NCBI GenBank assembly: GCA_002269645.1
Contig: NIVC01000104.1
Location: forward strand, 1 to 64,000
Origin: Macrostomum lignano
Taxonomy: Eukaryota
Length of the DNA: 64,000 bases
Direction of reading: 5' to 3'
The notes beneath the pieces were generated by a model that ran no database searches, had not been told where the DNA came from, and saw only the letters and a program-made list of their open reading frames with translations. Of the stretch, positions 14,876 to 34,069 are shown one piece after another (the first letter of the stretch is position 1; the number at the start of each line of letters is the position of its first letter). Both the position numbers and the translations under genes were made by a program.

Positions 14876-15632
14876 CAACCTACCATAATCTAAGCCTAAA
14901 ACTGTGACAACCTACCATTATCCAAGCTTAAAACCGTGTGACAATCTACCAAAATCTAAGCCTAAAACCGTGTGACAATCTACCATTATCTAAGCCTAAA
15001 ACCGTGTGACAATCTACCAAAATCTAAGCCTAAAACCGTGTGACAATCTACCATTATCTAAGCCTAAATCATGTGACAATCTACCATTATCTAAGCCTAA
15101 AACCGTGTGACAATCTACCAATATCTAAGCCTAAAACCGTGTGACAATCTACCATTATCTAAGCCTAAAACCGTGTGACAATCTACCATTATCTAAGCCT
15201 AAAACAGTGTGACAATCTACCAATATCTAAGCCTAAATCATGTGACAATCTATCATTATTTCAGCCTAAATCATGTGACAATCTACCAATATCTAAGCCT
15301 AAATCATGTGACAATCTATCATTATCTAAGCCTAAATCATGTGACAATCTACCAATATCTAAGCCTAAATCATGTGACAATCTACCAATATCTAAGCCTA
15401 AATCATGTGACAATCTACCATTATCTAAGCCTAAAACAGTGTGACAATCTACCAATATCTAAGCCTAAATCATGTGACAATCTATCATTATCTAAGCCTA
15501 AATCATGTGACAATCTACCAATATCTAAGCCTAAATCATGTGACAATCTATCATTATCTAAGCCTAAATCATGTGACAATCTACCAATATCTAAGCCTAA
15601 ATCATGTGACAATCTATCATTATTTCAGCCTA
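14876..15632. repeat. 33/34-bp minisatellite (TGTGACAATCTACCA[T/A]TATCTAAGCCTAAA...)
   Basis: About 22 tandem units; two more units lie separately at 14408-14472. Confidence 0.95.
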
Positions 15633-17248
15633 AACCCACGCAACAATCTAACCAATAAAAGCAGTTAATTTTAGACAGAATGCTCTGCAGCTGTGCCTCT
15701 TTCAAGCGTTAAAGAAGAAGGGACAGCTTGGCTGAAGCACCAACTGCTATAATTACTTGCTGACGGATGACGATGTGATGTTAGAGCCATTTAGCCATTT
15801 TTATGACAGCTGCGAGGCCAGGTTTTAATGAGCTGCTCAAATCCTCCAATGCGGCAATTCAGCAAGCTCTCTGGATCTCTCTACCTGAGTTGGTCAGTCA
15901 CATGATCTGCTGTAAAATTTGGCAATAGTGCTTTTAGTGTGAAACTGCAGTGGATTCCAGTGGCCCCACTCGTTTATACATAGAGAATTACATATAGCCA
16001 TTATTGCCACGATTAATGTTTACCAACTTCCTTGGGACGGTTAATTTGCAGCGTGACATCTCAAATAAATGAATAAGTAAGAGTTGTTCATAGTAGAAAA
16101 AAAGTATAAAATAGAAAACAGAGTATCAACACAAAAGTTTCCAAGCGTTTCACACTCTGAGGTACAGCTTCAGGTTTACTTTTTTTCTGAAAAGAGAACA
16201 GAACAGACAAACAAACCATGTGATAACAGTAGAACTACCAAATGAATGCCTCTGCCAATTGTTTTCTGGGCCGAAAGACGGAAATTGTCGCGCACCTTCT
16301 CAAGCAACAATCAAATCGCAAGCCCTCCGGACCGTCGGGATATTCAACAATTCCTCCGAAGGTCAGATTTTTCCCACAAGCGCTAGTGTATTCAATACAC
16401 CCCTGTGCGACGATCAGCACCGCCTTGTCAAGCCTTCTAATTCACCAGAACGTCGATCACAAGTGTCTGCATCGGTAGGATGAATGATAGATTGGGCGTT
16501 TGAACTGGAACGGAATTTAATCGGCTGTAGGAAGGCAAAAGTTCTCTACAAGAATTGCACTTTTTCAATTCTGATAATTCAGTGAGATGGTGGGCTGCAC
16601 GCACAGATAAAAAGCTTAATTAGAAAAAGTTTTAAACAGTTTAAGGAATCCAATACAAGAACACTGACAACAAAAGAAGCAAAATAGGCCATCCAAAAGT
16701 TATAATTTGTGTTAAGATCAGGTGTGAGTTATAATCCAACAAAGTTATACATATTTCTAAATATCATGACCATTTGAGCTGGGGACAGACTTTTTCACGC
16801 TGCCATCAAACAATGCCATTTCTAGTCGATACCACAGCTTTTGCATTTTACCTCGTTGCTTTGTAGCATCAGCTGTGTGACCTGATGGCCCACTTGTTGA
16901 TACGAGGGGTGCTTATTAAGTTCTCGGAAAATGCAGCTTAAAAATGCGCAATTCAAAATCTGAAGAGGAAGCGCTTCGACTCAAGGGTGAAGCTGGTTGT
17001 TGCGCCGCAAGGTGAGCTGGACAGCTTCATCAAAGCTGATCTCAGGGTTGCTTTGACGCATGGTTCCAGCGCCTGCAAAAGTGCTCCGATTCGGGTGGAA
17101 ATTATGTTGAGAAGTGTTACTAGACTGCGGTTGCTGCAGGTAAAATTTCTCACAGACGCAACCATCAGAACTGAACTCTTCCGGGAACTTAGTAAGCACC
17201 CCATCGAAAAAAACAAAAATGAAACTGTTGCAAGATAGAATTCAAGCT

Positions 17249-17625
17249 ATACAGGACAGGACAAAAATCAAGTTAGACAGGACAAAAATCAAGTTGGACA
17301 GGACAACAATCAAGTTGGACAGGACAACAATCAAGTTAGACAGGACAACAATCAAGTTAGACAGGACAACAATCAAGTTAGACAGGACAAAAATCAAGTT
17401 GGACAGGACAACAATCAAGTTGGACAGGACAACAATCAAGTTAGATAGGACAACAATCAAGTTAGACAGGACAACAATCAATTTAGACAGGACAACAATC
17501 AATTTAGACAGGACAACAATCAAGTTAGACAGGACAACAATCCAGTTAAACAGGGCAGAAATCAAGTTAGACAGGACAACAATCCAGTTAGACAGGGCAA
17601 CAATCCAGTTAGACAGGGCAACAAT
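17249..17625. repeat. 21-bp minisatellite (GACAGGACAACAATCAAGTTA)
   Basis: Tandem periodicity; source of the DRTTIKL ORF; lies just 3' of the copy B stop codon. Confidence 0.95.
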
Positions 17626-17698
17626 CAAGACTTTGACGCGACAACCATAAAGTTGGAGAAACACTCATGCTTCAACAGAGAAGAGGAAATTGTCCGCA

Positions 17699-20266
<2,568 letters not shown>

Positions 20267-20840
20267 AGGCTAAGCAAAGCAAAAACGCTGACCGTTTGAA
20301 TAGAGTGTTTATAAAATATAGAGACCAATGGTCATGGAAACTTGCCAATAATTGTTTTTCAGCAAAGATATTTTTCTAGCTCATCCCATCATTTTTTTTG
20401 GTGGATTTATTACTGTCATCCGCAAATTTTAATTAGCATTTTTTCTAGCAGTTACTGCGCAAGGCCTCTGGCCAAAAAGTTATGGGAATGGAATAGTTTG
20501 CGGTTGTATAATGCATGCGGACTAGCTGGCAGTCGATTCATTGCTTCCGCGTTCCTGGATATCATTAGCGTTGGGCCAACGCTGTTTGGGGAGCTGTCTA
20601 AACGGCTTCCCCATAGGAGAAGCTTCATTTAATTATCTCTGGTTCATTGTTTTTTATTCCACCTCACTCCGTCAACGGCTTGGATGTAAACAGGAAGCTC
20701 TATCTCCTGTGCAGCTGGATGCGAAGACCTGCAGGGCCCCTTTATTACAGGTGCAGTTGGTTTGGCGCAAACAGTATATCGATTTCCTGGCAGAATGGCG
20801 ATATGTTGTGTTATGCAAAGTTATGAAATGCACTCCTGCT

Positions 20841-21588
20841 GAGCACAGAGGGTGAGAGAGCACAGAGGGTGAGAGAGCACAGAGGGTGAGAGAGCACAGA
20901 GGGTGAGAGAGCACAGAGGGTGAGAGAGCACAGAGGGTGAGAGAGCACAGAGGGTGAGAGAGCACAGAGGGTGAGAGAGCACAGAGGGTGAGAGAGCACA
21001 GAGGGTGAGAGAGCACAGAGGGTGAGAGAGCACAGAGGGTGAGAGAGCACAGAGGGTGAGAGAGCACAGAGGGTGAGAGAGCACAGTGGGTGAGAGAGCA
21101 CAGAGGGTGAGAGAGCACAGAGGGTGAGAGAGCACAGAGGGTGAGAGAGCACAGAGGGTGAGAGAGCACAGAGGGTGAGAGAGCACAGTGGGTGAGAGAG
21201 CACAGAGGGTGAGAGAGCACAGAGGGTGAGAGAGCACAGTGGGTGAGAGAGCACAGAGGGTGAGAGAGCACAGAGGGTGAGAGAGCACAGAGGGTGAGAG
21301 AGCACAGAGGGTGAGAGAGCACAGAGGGTGAGAGAGCACAGAGGGTGAGAGAGCACAGAGGGTGAGAGAGCACAGAGGGTGAGAGAGCACAGAGGGTGAG
21401 AGAGCACAGAGGGTGAGAGATCACAGAGGGCGAGAGAGCACAGAGGGTGAGAGAGCACAGAGGGTGAGAGAGCACAGAGGGTGAGAGAGCACAGAGGGTG
21501 AGAGAGCACAGAGGGTGAGAGATCACAGAGGGCGAGAGAGCACAGAGGGTGAGAGAGCACAGAGGGTGAGAGAGCACAGAGGGTGAGA
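20841..21588. repeat. 17-bp minisatellite (GAGAGCACAGAGGGTGA), about 44 copies
   Basis: Direct periodicity; translations cycle with a 17-aa period. Confidence 0.97.
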
Positions 21589-21937
21589 GTACCCTTCAGA
21601 AGGGGACTTTCTGTCAATTTAAGTGACTTCAAACAGGGTGCTTTTGTAATACTGAAATTTCATATCACCAAAAGTTGCAAACCTACTGTTCATTTTTTAA
21701 CTTCATTGCACATTCAATCATATTTTGATCTCTGCCCATTAGCGCTTGAACGCTAATTCTATCAATGTGAGCTTGAAAAAGATGTAAAAAACAAAAATCG
21801 AGTCGCAACTTTTTATTATAAGTAGTATATTTGTGCCAGTTGAGGTGAAACGAACAATTTAGCTAATAAAAAAGCAACAAATAAAATCTTTGTTAAAATT
21901 TTTCAGTGTCAGTAGCTAGTAGAGAGTTTTACATAAG

Positions 21938-24724
21938 TCAGTTGCCGGTGCTCTGGTCGATCATGTCTTCCAGATCCATTGTTAGAACGCGAACGAACTC
22001 TGCAAGTGTTTGATGGGGGGACAAGGTGAGCTGGCATTCTGGATTGGATATTTCTAGGACATACTTTTCTGTTGAGTAGTGCTATTTGAAGCTGTAGTAA
22101 AATTGACTTGGCTCTGCAAAGATCTTTACTCTTTGTCTCCAGCACAGATACTATAGAATAACTAGTTTTGCGTGCAAGCTACTTTCTGTTCAGTAGTAAG
22201 TTAAACTGAAGTATTTTAATGTATTATTTAAAGACAAGGAGGCCCCACCAATTGGCTCTTTACCCCCCCCCCCCCTAGCTTAAACCCTCAAACTCCAGAC
22301 AGAACCTCTTACCCCTGCCCCGCCACCCATTTTTTTTCCTTTCCTCGGTTGTTCCAGCCTAAATCTGCCTTGTACACCATTTCAGTGGCCAATGTACAAC
22401 ACATTGGCTGAACCAATTAGCAAGCCGTCTATACGCTTGAGCTTGGCTTATAAATAGCTTCTTAAAGTCATTTCAGCTGCTAATTTTTAATAAAATTGCT
22501 TATGTACTCTTCTTTGCTACTGAACTGAAAGTAGAAAGCTGTTTAGCTAGGTATATAATATGACTGAGTGGTCTATCTAGTTATTTCTAGACCTAATAGT
22601 ATCTGTGGTCTCGACCAAAGTCACAATAAATTCTCGTTCAAAACTAGCTTTGCGTGTTCTGGTTGATTTCACTGAAACAATTTCAAATACATAATACATA
22701 GAACGTGAGTGATACGTCCTTATGCAAGCGTAACTTCTACATAAGTTAACTACTCTAAGCATCCTACTACCCTAAGCCTAAGGTAGTTGGTGCATTGACC
22801 AACAGATGCAATAATAAATACCGTCCCCAACTAACCATCGATCGACAGTTTGCCGTCAGCATCCGAGTCGGCCATGCTGAACATGTCGTCGATCTCCTCG
22901 TCCTCCAGCGGCTCCATTCCCATGCTGGTTAGCGCGTCTTTCAACTCGCCGCGATCCAGGTAGCCGCTACCGTCAGAGTCGAACTTCTGCAGTATAGATA
23001 ATAGTATCAATAATTATAGGAATAATAGTATATTGGATTTATTACACCTGCCCTATTGCGCGGCGCATCTGAAGGCTGCGCACGGCTTTTCAGTCCAAGG
23101 ACTGGGGGTTGGGGGGGGGGGGGGTCGCCACACACACAGCCTCAATTACCCCAGCTAATGCTGGCACCCATTTTACAGCTGGGTGAACTGAAGCAATGCA
23201 GAATCAAAGTGTGTTGCTCAAGGGCACAAAATCTTCGAGTGAGTCGTTAGATGTTTTTATACCTCAAAAGCGCCGCGCAGTTTTGCTATTCGATCAGCTT
23301 TGTCCTTTCTTTTCTTCTTGAGCATGCTGCAGTACTCTTTGAAGTTCAATGTCCCGCTGCCGTCTGAAATATCGTGTGTTTGTCTTCCGAACTGAAGTAA
23401 CCCTCAAAATGAAATAATCAATGATAAAGTTCCATAAAAAACTAAACATCTCGGATGGTTCATATCAGTTCTATATGTAAGGATTCGTGAAACCTTATAG
23501 GCGTTAAAAGAAAATGTCTCTCAATAAGAATTTCAATCCATCTTTTGACTCAGAAGCTCACCAGAGTCAGCCTCGCTGAGCAGTTTCTTGGCGGAGCTCT
23601 CTGACACATCGCAGCCGTGCAGTTGCATGGCGTAGCGCAGCTCTGACTCGTCTATAGTGCCGCTGCCGTTCTCATCAATGTAGGTGAAGCAGCGCCAGGC
23701 CTCTGGAAACCAAATCACAACCAAGCAATTACTTTTGAAGACTACAGCAAACAAGGTAGCAGAGAGCGTGCACTTTTCTACAATGTCTAGTTTCACGGTA
23801 AAAATGAGCAATGTCTCAGCGAAGCAGGCTTGTCAAATATTTAGTCAGATAAGTAAACAGCATGAACACGATGCTGTTAAGCATCGAACTGAATTGTTTG
23901 CTTCACATACGCTCTGCTTCCGGTTGAGTCAATCCGACTTCTGCTGCTTCCTGTAGGTGCTCTTCAGAAATCTGAAAGTAATAGAGCAAAGAATCTATCA
24001 AGTTGTCTGTAGTTCCAGTTGGATACATCATATTTTTCAGATCAATACTCCAACGATAAGAAATCAATTGTAATTCTGAATGACCCACAGCAGTATGTGA
24101 TTCTGAATACTCTTGACCCACACCAGTTTGTGATTCTGAATACTCTTGACCCACAGCAGTTTGTGATTCTGAATACACTTGACCCACAGCAGTTTGTGAT
24201 TCTGAATACTCTTGACCCACAGCAGTTTGTGATTCTGAATACTCTTGACCCACACCAGTTTGTGATTCTGAATACTCTTGACCCACACCAGTTTGTGATT
24301 CTGAATACTCTTGACCCACACCAGTTTGTGATTCTGAATACTCTTGACCCACACCAGTTTGTGATTCTGAATACTCTTGACCCACAGCAGTTGTGATTCT
24401 GAATACTCTTGACCCACACCAGTTTGTGCTGAGGAGTCAGTGGAATGGCCCGAATTGCCACAGCGCTGGTGGAGGGGCGATGTCGCCGAAGACATTGCGC
24501 CAGGATTCCCAAACCCCTACTACAATTGATATTATTATGCTCCTAGTATTATGGACTCCAGCGCTTCCAGAGCGTTCGAATTTTAATGAGGGCTTGTTTC
24601 CGTTGTTACATGCATTATTAGGAAAGTGTTTGCACGACTTTAGAAGGCCTTTTCTCTCTTTTCCAAACTCAAGAAAATGATCTATTACAATCAGTTCAAC
24701 TAGAGCTGAACTTACCGACGCCAT
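21938..24724 (-). CDS. Calmodulin-like four-EF-hand calcium-binding protein (174 aa, 6 exons)
   Basis: Exons complement(21938..21999, 22836..22986, 23263..23363, 23562..23702, 23911..23971, 24716..24724), GT-AG and phase-consistent (525 nt). EF loops DENGSGTIDESE, DSDGSGTLNFKE, DSDGSGYLDRGE, DSDADGKLSIDE. The first (MAS) and last exons are less certain. Confidence 0.9.
23020..23246 (-). mobile_element. tRNA-derived SINE, 5'-truncated copy in an intron of the EF-hand gene
   Basis: Shares GCCTCAATTACCCCAGCTAATGCTGGCACCCATTTT[A/G]CAGCTGGGTGAACTGAAGCAATGCAGA with the copies at 48641-48925 and 63150-63315. Confidence 0.85.
24068..24426. repeat. 33-bp minisatellite (GTGATTCTGAATACTCTTGACCCACA[C/G]CAGTTT) in intron 1 of the EF-hand gene
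   Basis: About 11 tandem units; source of the GQEYSESQTGV ORF. Confidence 0.95.
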
Positions 24725-25475
24725 TTCTGCCTTTTCCACTGGGCTAAGTTCGTATGAATGTCTGCAAGCGTTAGTATTTCTAAGACGTAGCTAGCTCTAT
24801 TTAAAGCGCGACACTGCTATCATATCTCTCTAGTTTTTTCTCTCGCTTCGACAATGCTCTTCTGCTTCTCGATGCAACATGCTGTTGCACTCCTGTCTGT
24901 CCCCCAGGAGAAATATGCGAGAGCTCGGCGTCAGTGCAATCTAGCAATCTCTTGCACAGCATTCACAGCGCTTACAGTAGAGGGCAAAATCCACCGTTCC
25001 CCCCTCTCTCTCTACTGCAGCAGTGCGTCTCTCTCGGCTGCCTCACACCTCGTGTCTCTCTTTTATTGTTGGCTAAATTTGATTCATCTGCGTTCTCTCT
25101 CTGAGTGCGGCGACGACAGGAGAGAGCAGACGGCCACGTTATAATTTAGGTTTCGTGCACGACAATTGGCTCTAGGGCTGGTCGTGAAAATCTGGATGAG
25201 AAATCCAGAGCTGATGCTTCACCCTGTGTGAGCTTGTGCCTGCGAACAGACCCTTTGAGCCCTTTTTGAGATGCCTTGAAACCTAACGATATCTTTCAGA
25301 CAATAATCTCACCATTCAATCTGTAATTATTCATTCATTTCTAGTTCCAGGTTCTGCTTCATTGAATTGTCTGGTTTCCTTTTGCATAAAAATTCAATAG
25401 AACAGCAGATTGCTGTCACGAAATGGCAAGAAATTGAATAGTAATCTTTTTCTCCCGCTTTGTGTATTGACAAAT

Positions 25476-28400
25476 GAGATGGCAGAGAGTGAGAGATGGC
25501 AGAGAGTGAGAGATGGCAGACAGTGAGAGATGGCAGACAGTGAGAGATGGCAGAGAGTGAGAGATGGCAGAGAGTGAGAGATGGCAGAGAGTGAGAGATG
25601 GCAGACAGTGAGAGATGGCAGAGAGTGAGAGATGGCAGAGAGTGGGAGATGGCAGACAGTGAGAGATGGCAGACAGTGAGAGATGGCAGAGAGTGAGAAA
25701 TGACAGTGAGTGAGAGATGGCAGTGAGTGAGAGATGGCAGTGAGTGAGAGATGGCAGTGAGTGAGAGATGGCAGTGAGTGAGAGATGGCAGTGAGTGAGA
25801 GATGGCAGAGAGTGAGAGATGACAGTGAGTGAGAGATGGCAGAGAGTGAGAGATGGCAGTGAGTGAGAGATGGCAGAGAGTGAGAGATGACAGTGAGTGA
25901 GAGATGGCAGACAGTGAGAGATGGCAGTGAGTGAGAGATGACAGTGAGTGAGAGATGGCAGTGAGTGAGAGATGGCAGAGAGTGAGAGATGACAGTGAGT
26001 GAGAGATGGCAGACAGTGAGCGATGGCAGTGAGTGAGAGATGACAGTGAGTGAGAGATGGCAGTGAGTGAGAGATGGCAGAGAGTGAGAGATGACAGTGA
26101 GTGAGAGATGGCAGTGAGTGAGAGATGGCAGTGAGTGAGAGATGGCAGTGAGTGAGAGATGGCAGAGAGTGAGAGATGACAGTGAGTGAGAGATGGCAGA
26201 GAGTGAGAGATGGCAGTGAGTGAGAGATGGCAGTGAGTGAGAGATGGCAGTGAGTGAGAGATGGCAGACAGTGAGAGATGGCAGTGAGTGAGAGATGGCA
26301 GACAGTGAGAGATGGCAGACAGTGAGAGATGGCAGACAGTGAGAGATGGCAGAGAGTGAGAGATGACAGACAGTGAGAGATGGCAGACAGTGAGAGATGG
26401 CAGACAGTGAGAGATGGCAGAGAGTGAGAGATGACAGTGAGTGAGAGATGACAGTGAGTGAAAGATGACAGTGAGTGAAAGATGACAGTGAGTGAAAGAT
26501 GACAGTGAGTGAGAGATGACAGAGAGTGAAAGATGACAGTGAGTGAGAGATGGCAGTGAGTGAGAGATGGCAGAGAGTGAGAGATGGCAGACAGTGAGAG
26601 ATGGCAGACAGTGAGAGATGGCAGAGAGTGAGAGATGGCAGAGAGTGAGAGATGGCAGACAGTGAGAGATGGCAGACAGTGAGAGATGGCAGAGAGTGAG
26701 AGATGGCAGAGAGTGAGAGATGGCAGACAGTGAGAGATGGCAGTGAGTGAGAAATGGCAGAGAGTGAGAGATGGCAGAGAGTGAGAGATGGCAGACAGTG
26801 AGAGATGGCAGTGAGTGAGAGATGGCAGACAGTGAGAGATGGCAGAGAGTGAGAGATGGCAGACAGTGAGAGATGGCAGTGAGTGAGAGATGGCAGTGAG
26901 TGAGAGATGGCAGACAGTGAGAGATGGCAGAGAGTGAGAGATGGCAGACAGTGAGAGATGACAGTGAGTGAGAGATGGCAGACAGTGAGAGATGGCAGAC
27001 AGTGAGAGATGGCAGACAGTGAGAGATGACAGTGAGTGAGAGATGGCAGACAGTGAGAGATGGCAGACAGTGAGAGATGGCAGAGAGTGAGAGATGGCAG
27101 ACAGTGAGAGATGGCAGTGAGTGAGAGATGGCAGTGAGTGAGAGATGGCAGACAGTGAGAGATGACAGTGAGTGAGAGATGGCAGACAGTGAGAGATGAC
27201 AGTGAGTGAGAGATGGCAGAGAGTGAGAGATGACAGTGAGTGAGAGATGGCAGTGAGTGAGAGATGGCAGTGAGTGAGAGATGGCAGAGAGTGAGAGATG
27301 GCAGACATTGAGAGATGACAGTGAGTGAGAGATGGCAGTGAGTGAGAGATGACAGTGAGTGAGAGATGGCAGACAGTGAGAGATGGCAGAGAGTGAGAGA
27401 TGGCAGACAGTGAGAGATGGCAGAGAGTGAGAGATGGCAGAGAGTGAGAGATGGCAGAGAGTGAGAGATGGCAGTGAGTGAGAGATGGCAGTAAGTGAGA
27501 GATGGCAGAGAGTGAGAGATGACAGTGAGTGAGAGATGGCAGACAGTGAGAGATGGCAGAGAGTGAGAGATGGCAGAGAGTGAGAGATGGCAGACAGTGA
27601 GAGATGGCAGACAGTGAGAGATGACAGTGAGTGAGAGATGGCAGTGAGTGAGAGATGACAGTGAGTGAGAGATGGCAGTGAGTGAGAGATGGCAGAGAGT
27701 GAGAGATGGCAGACAGTGAGAGATGACAGTGAGTGAGAGATGGCAGAGAGTGAGAGATGACAGTGAGTGAGAGATGGCAGTGAGTGAGAGATGGCAGAGA
27801 GTGAGAGATGGCAGACAGTGAGAGATGACAGTGAGTGAGAGATGGCAGTGAGTGAGAGATGGCAGAGAGTGAGAGATGACAGTGAGTGAGAGATGGCAGA
27901 GAGTGAGAGATGACAGTGAGTGAGAGATGGCAGTGAGTGAGAGATGGCAGAGAGTGAGAGATGGCAGAGAGTGAGAGATGACAGTGAGTGAGAGATGGCA
28001 GAGAGTGAGAGATGACAGTGAGTGAGAGATGACAGTGAGTGAGAGATGACAGTGAGTGAGAGATGGCAGAGAGTGAGAGATGACAGTGAGTGAGAGATGG
28101 CAGTGAGTGAGAGATGGCAGAGAGTGAGAGATGGCAGACAGTGAGAGATGGCAGTGAGTGAGAGATGACAGTGAGTGAGAGATGGCAGAGAGTGAGAGAT
28201 GGCAGACTGTGAGAGATGGCAGTGAGTGAGAGATGACAGTGAGTGAGAGATGGCAGTGAGTGAGAGATGGCAGAGAGTGAGAGATGGCAGACAGTGAGAG
28301 ATGGCAGAGAGTGAGAGATGGCAGTGAGTGAGAGATGGCAGAGAGTGAAAGATGACAGTGAGTGAGAGATGGCAGTGAGTGAGAGATGGCAGTGAGTGAG

Positions 28401-28548
28401 AGATGACAGTGAGTGAGAGATGGCAGACAGTGAGAGATGACAGTGAGTGAGAGATGGCAGAGAGTGAGAAATGACAGTGAGTGAGAGATGACAGTGAGTG
28501 AGAGATGACAGTGAGTGAGGGATGACAGAGAGTGAGAGATGACAGAGT
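25476..28548. repeat. 17-bp satellite (GAGATG[G/A]CAG[AG/TG/AC]AGTGA), about 3.1 kb, about 180 copies
   Basis: Direct periodicity with three interspersed variants; source of the ~1050-aa spurious ORFs. Confidence 0.98.
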
Positions 28549-28719
28549 GAAGCCACGGTGACATCCAGGAAGCTAAGACAACTCATTTTTGTCTGTAGGA
28601 TGTTCTCGCACGAAAGAAATTGATTATACATGTAGGTGCAGCAAACAAAGCATTAAAGCTTTTAATGACTTTTTATTTGTCGAGCATTTACCCCAAATAG
28701 CAGAGTAAGTTTTCTGTAA

Positions 28720-33059
<4,340 letters not shown>

Positions 33060-34069
33060 CTTGCCTGCTAGTTAACGATTAATTAGTCGATGTTAATTTC
33101 TACTTTAGAGTTTTTTAGAAAAACGTAACTCGCTCTCAAGTCGAACCACTTTTTAAAGCAGCCAAGTTCTAAATTTGAGTTTGAGCTTTTGAGTTGATTT
33201 TTTCAAGATAAGATATAAAACAGTTGGCCTCTCTGTATAAAATTTGAAGTAGCTGCACTATTAAATATAATAACTTTCTTCTTCTGCACGAAAGCAGCAA
33301 TCGGCCAGTCTGTGTTGCTATTTTGAATGTGTCAAAGAACGAAGATCGGTAACAAAGATTGGGAGTAGGGATAATTAGAACTAAACAAGCCCAAATCATG
33401 ACAAAGCCTCTTAGGAGGGTCCGTCTAAATGTAACGTTCTGTAGCCATTAAAGTTCTGTAAAATGCACGGACTCTTTTAATAAGGTGTAACTCCGTATGT
33501 ACGTTCGTAGATATGCGAGTCTATAGTCGTTATCCAAGACAGAAAACTTGATTTTGAGCCTCTATTGACTCTAATCGCTGGATGCCACCTTGACCAGCCT
33601 GTCGATCTGGCGCTGGGCGCCTTCAACGGACGAGGACAGGCGGGCGAGGTCGTCAGCTGTGGTGGGGGAATTAAAATGTTTCAAATACGCTCGTAACAAC
33701 ATGCAGACTTTGACTATTGTTTGTTACTTAAGAAAAACTGAGGTTTTAAAAAATTGGCACTGGCCTACCAGCAACTCCCAATTGACCCTTGGCATCTGAG
33801 CAGCACCCGTAAGCCGGAGGAAACATTTAATCTCGGATATTTGATACAAATATCCAGAAAGAAATCGAACATAGAGATTTAAAGCAGGTATCAGGAAAAT
33901 GACGCAGTGATGAGGAGTACATTATAGAATATTTCAAAGGATTTTAAGAGGATTGGTTGCAGAAAATTCCATCCAATAAGTGGGTATCGCAGTTCGACTG
34001 TCGGCTTATTTTTACATCGGCGGATTAAGAACCGGTCTGACAGGATCGAATCGAACAGCTGCATTAATT

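Noticed and set aside
16220-17238. Several 60-90 aa ORFs between the two glycine-rich genes
   Set aside because: No recognisable motif and no consistent splice chain could be built.
22577-22762. Alternative last exon for the EF-hand gene (...EFIVTLVET...)
   Set aside because: Weak GAG acceptor; the exon at 21938-21999 has a good acceptor and completes EF4 as IDEFVRVL.
25394-28631. ORFs of more than 1000 aa (SLSH/CHL repeats)
   Set aside because: Translations of a 17-bp satellite that are open in several frames, with no splice or domain support.
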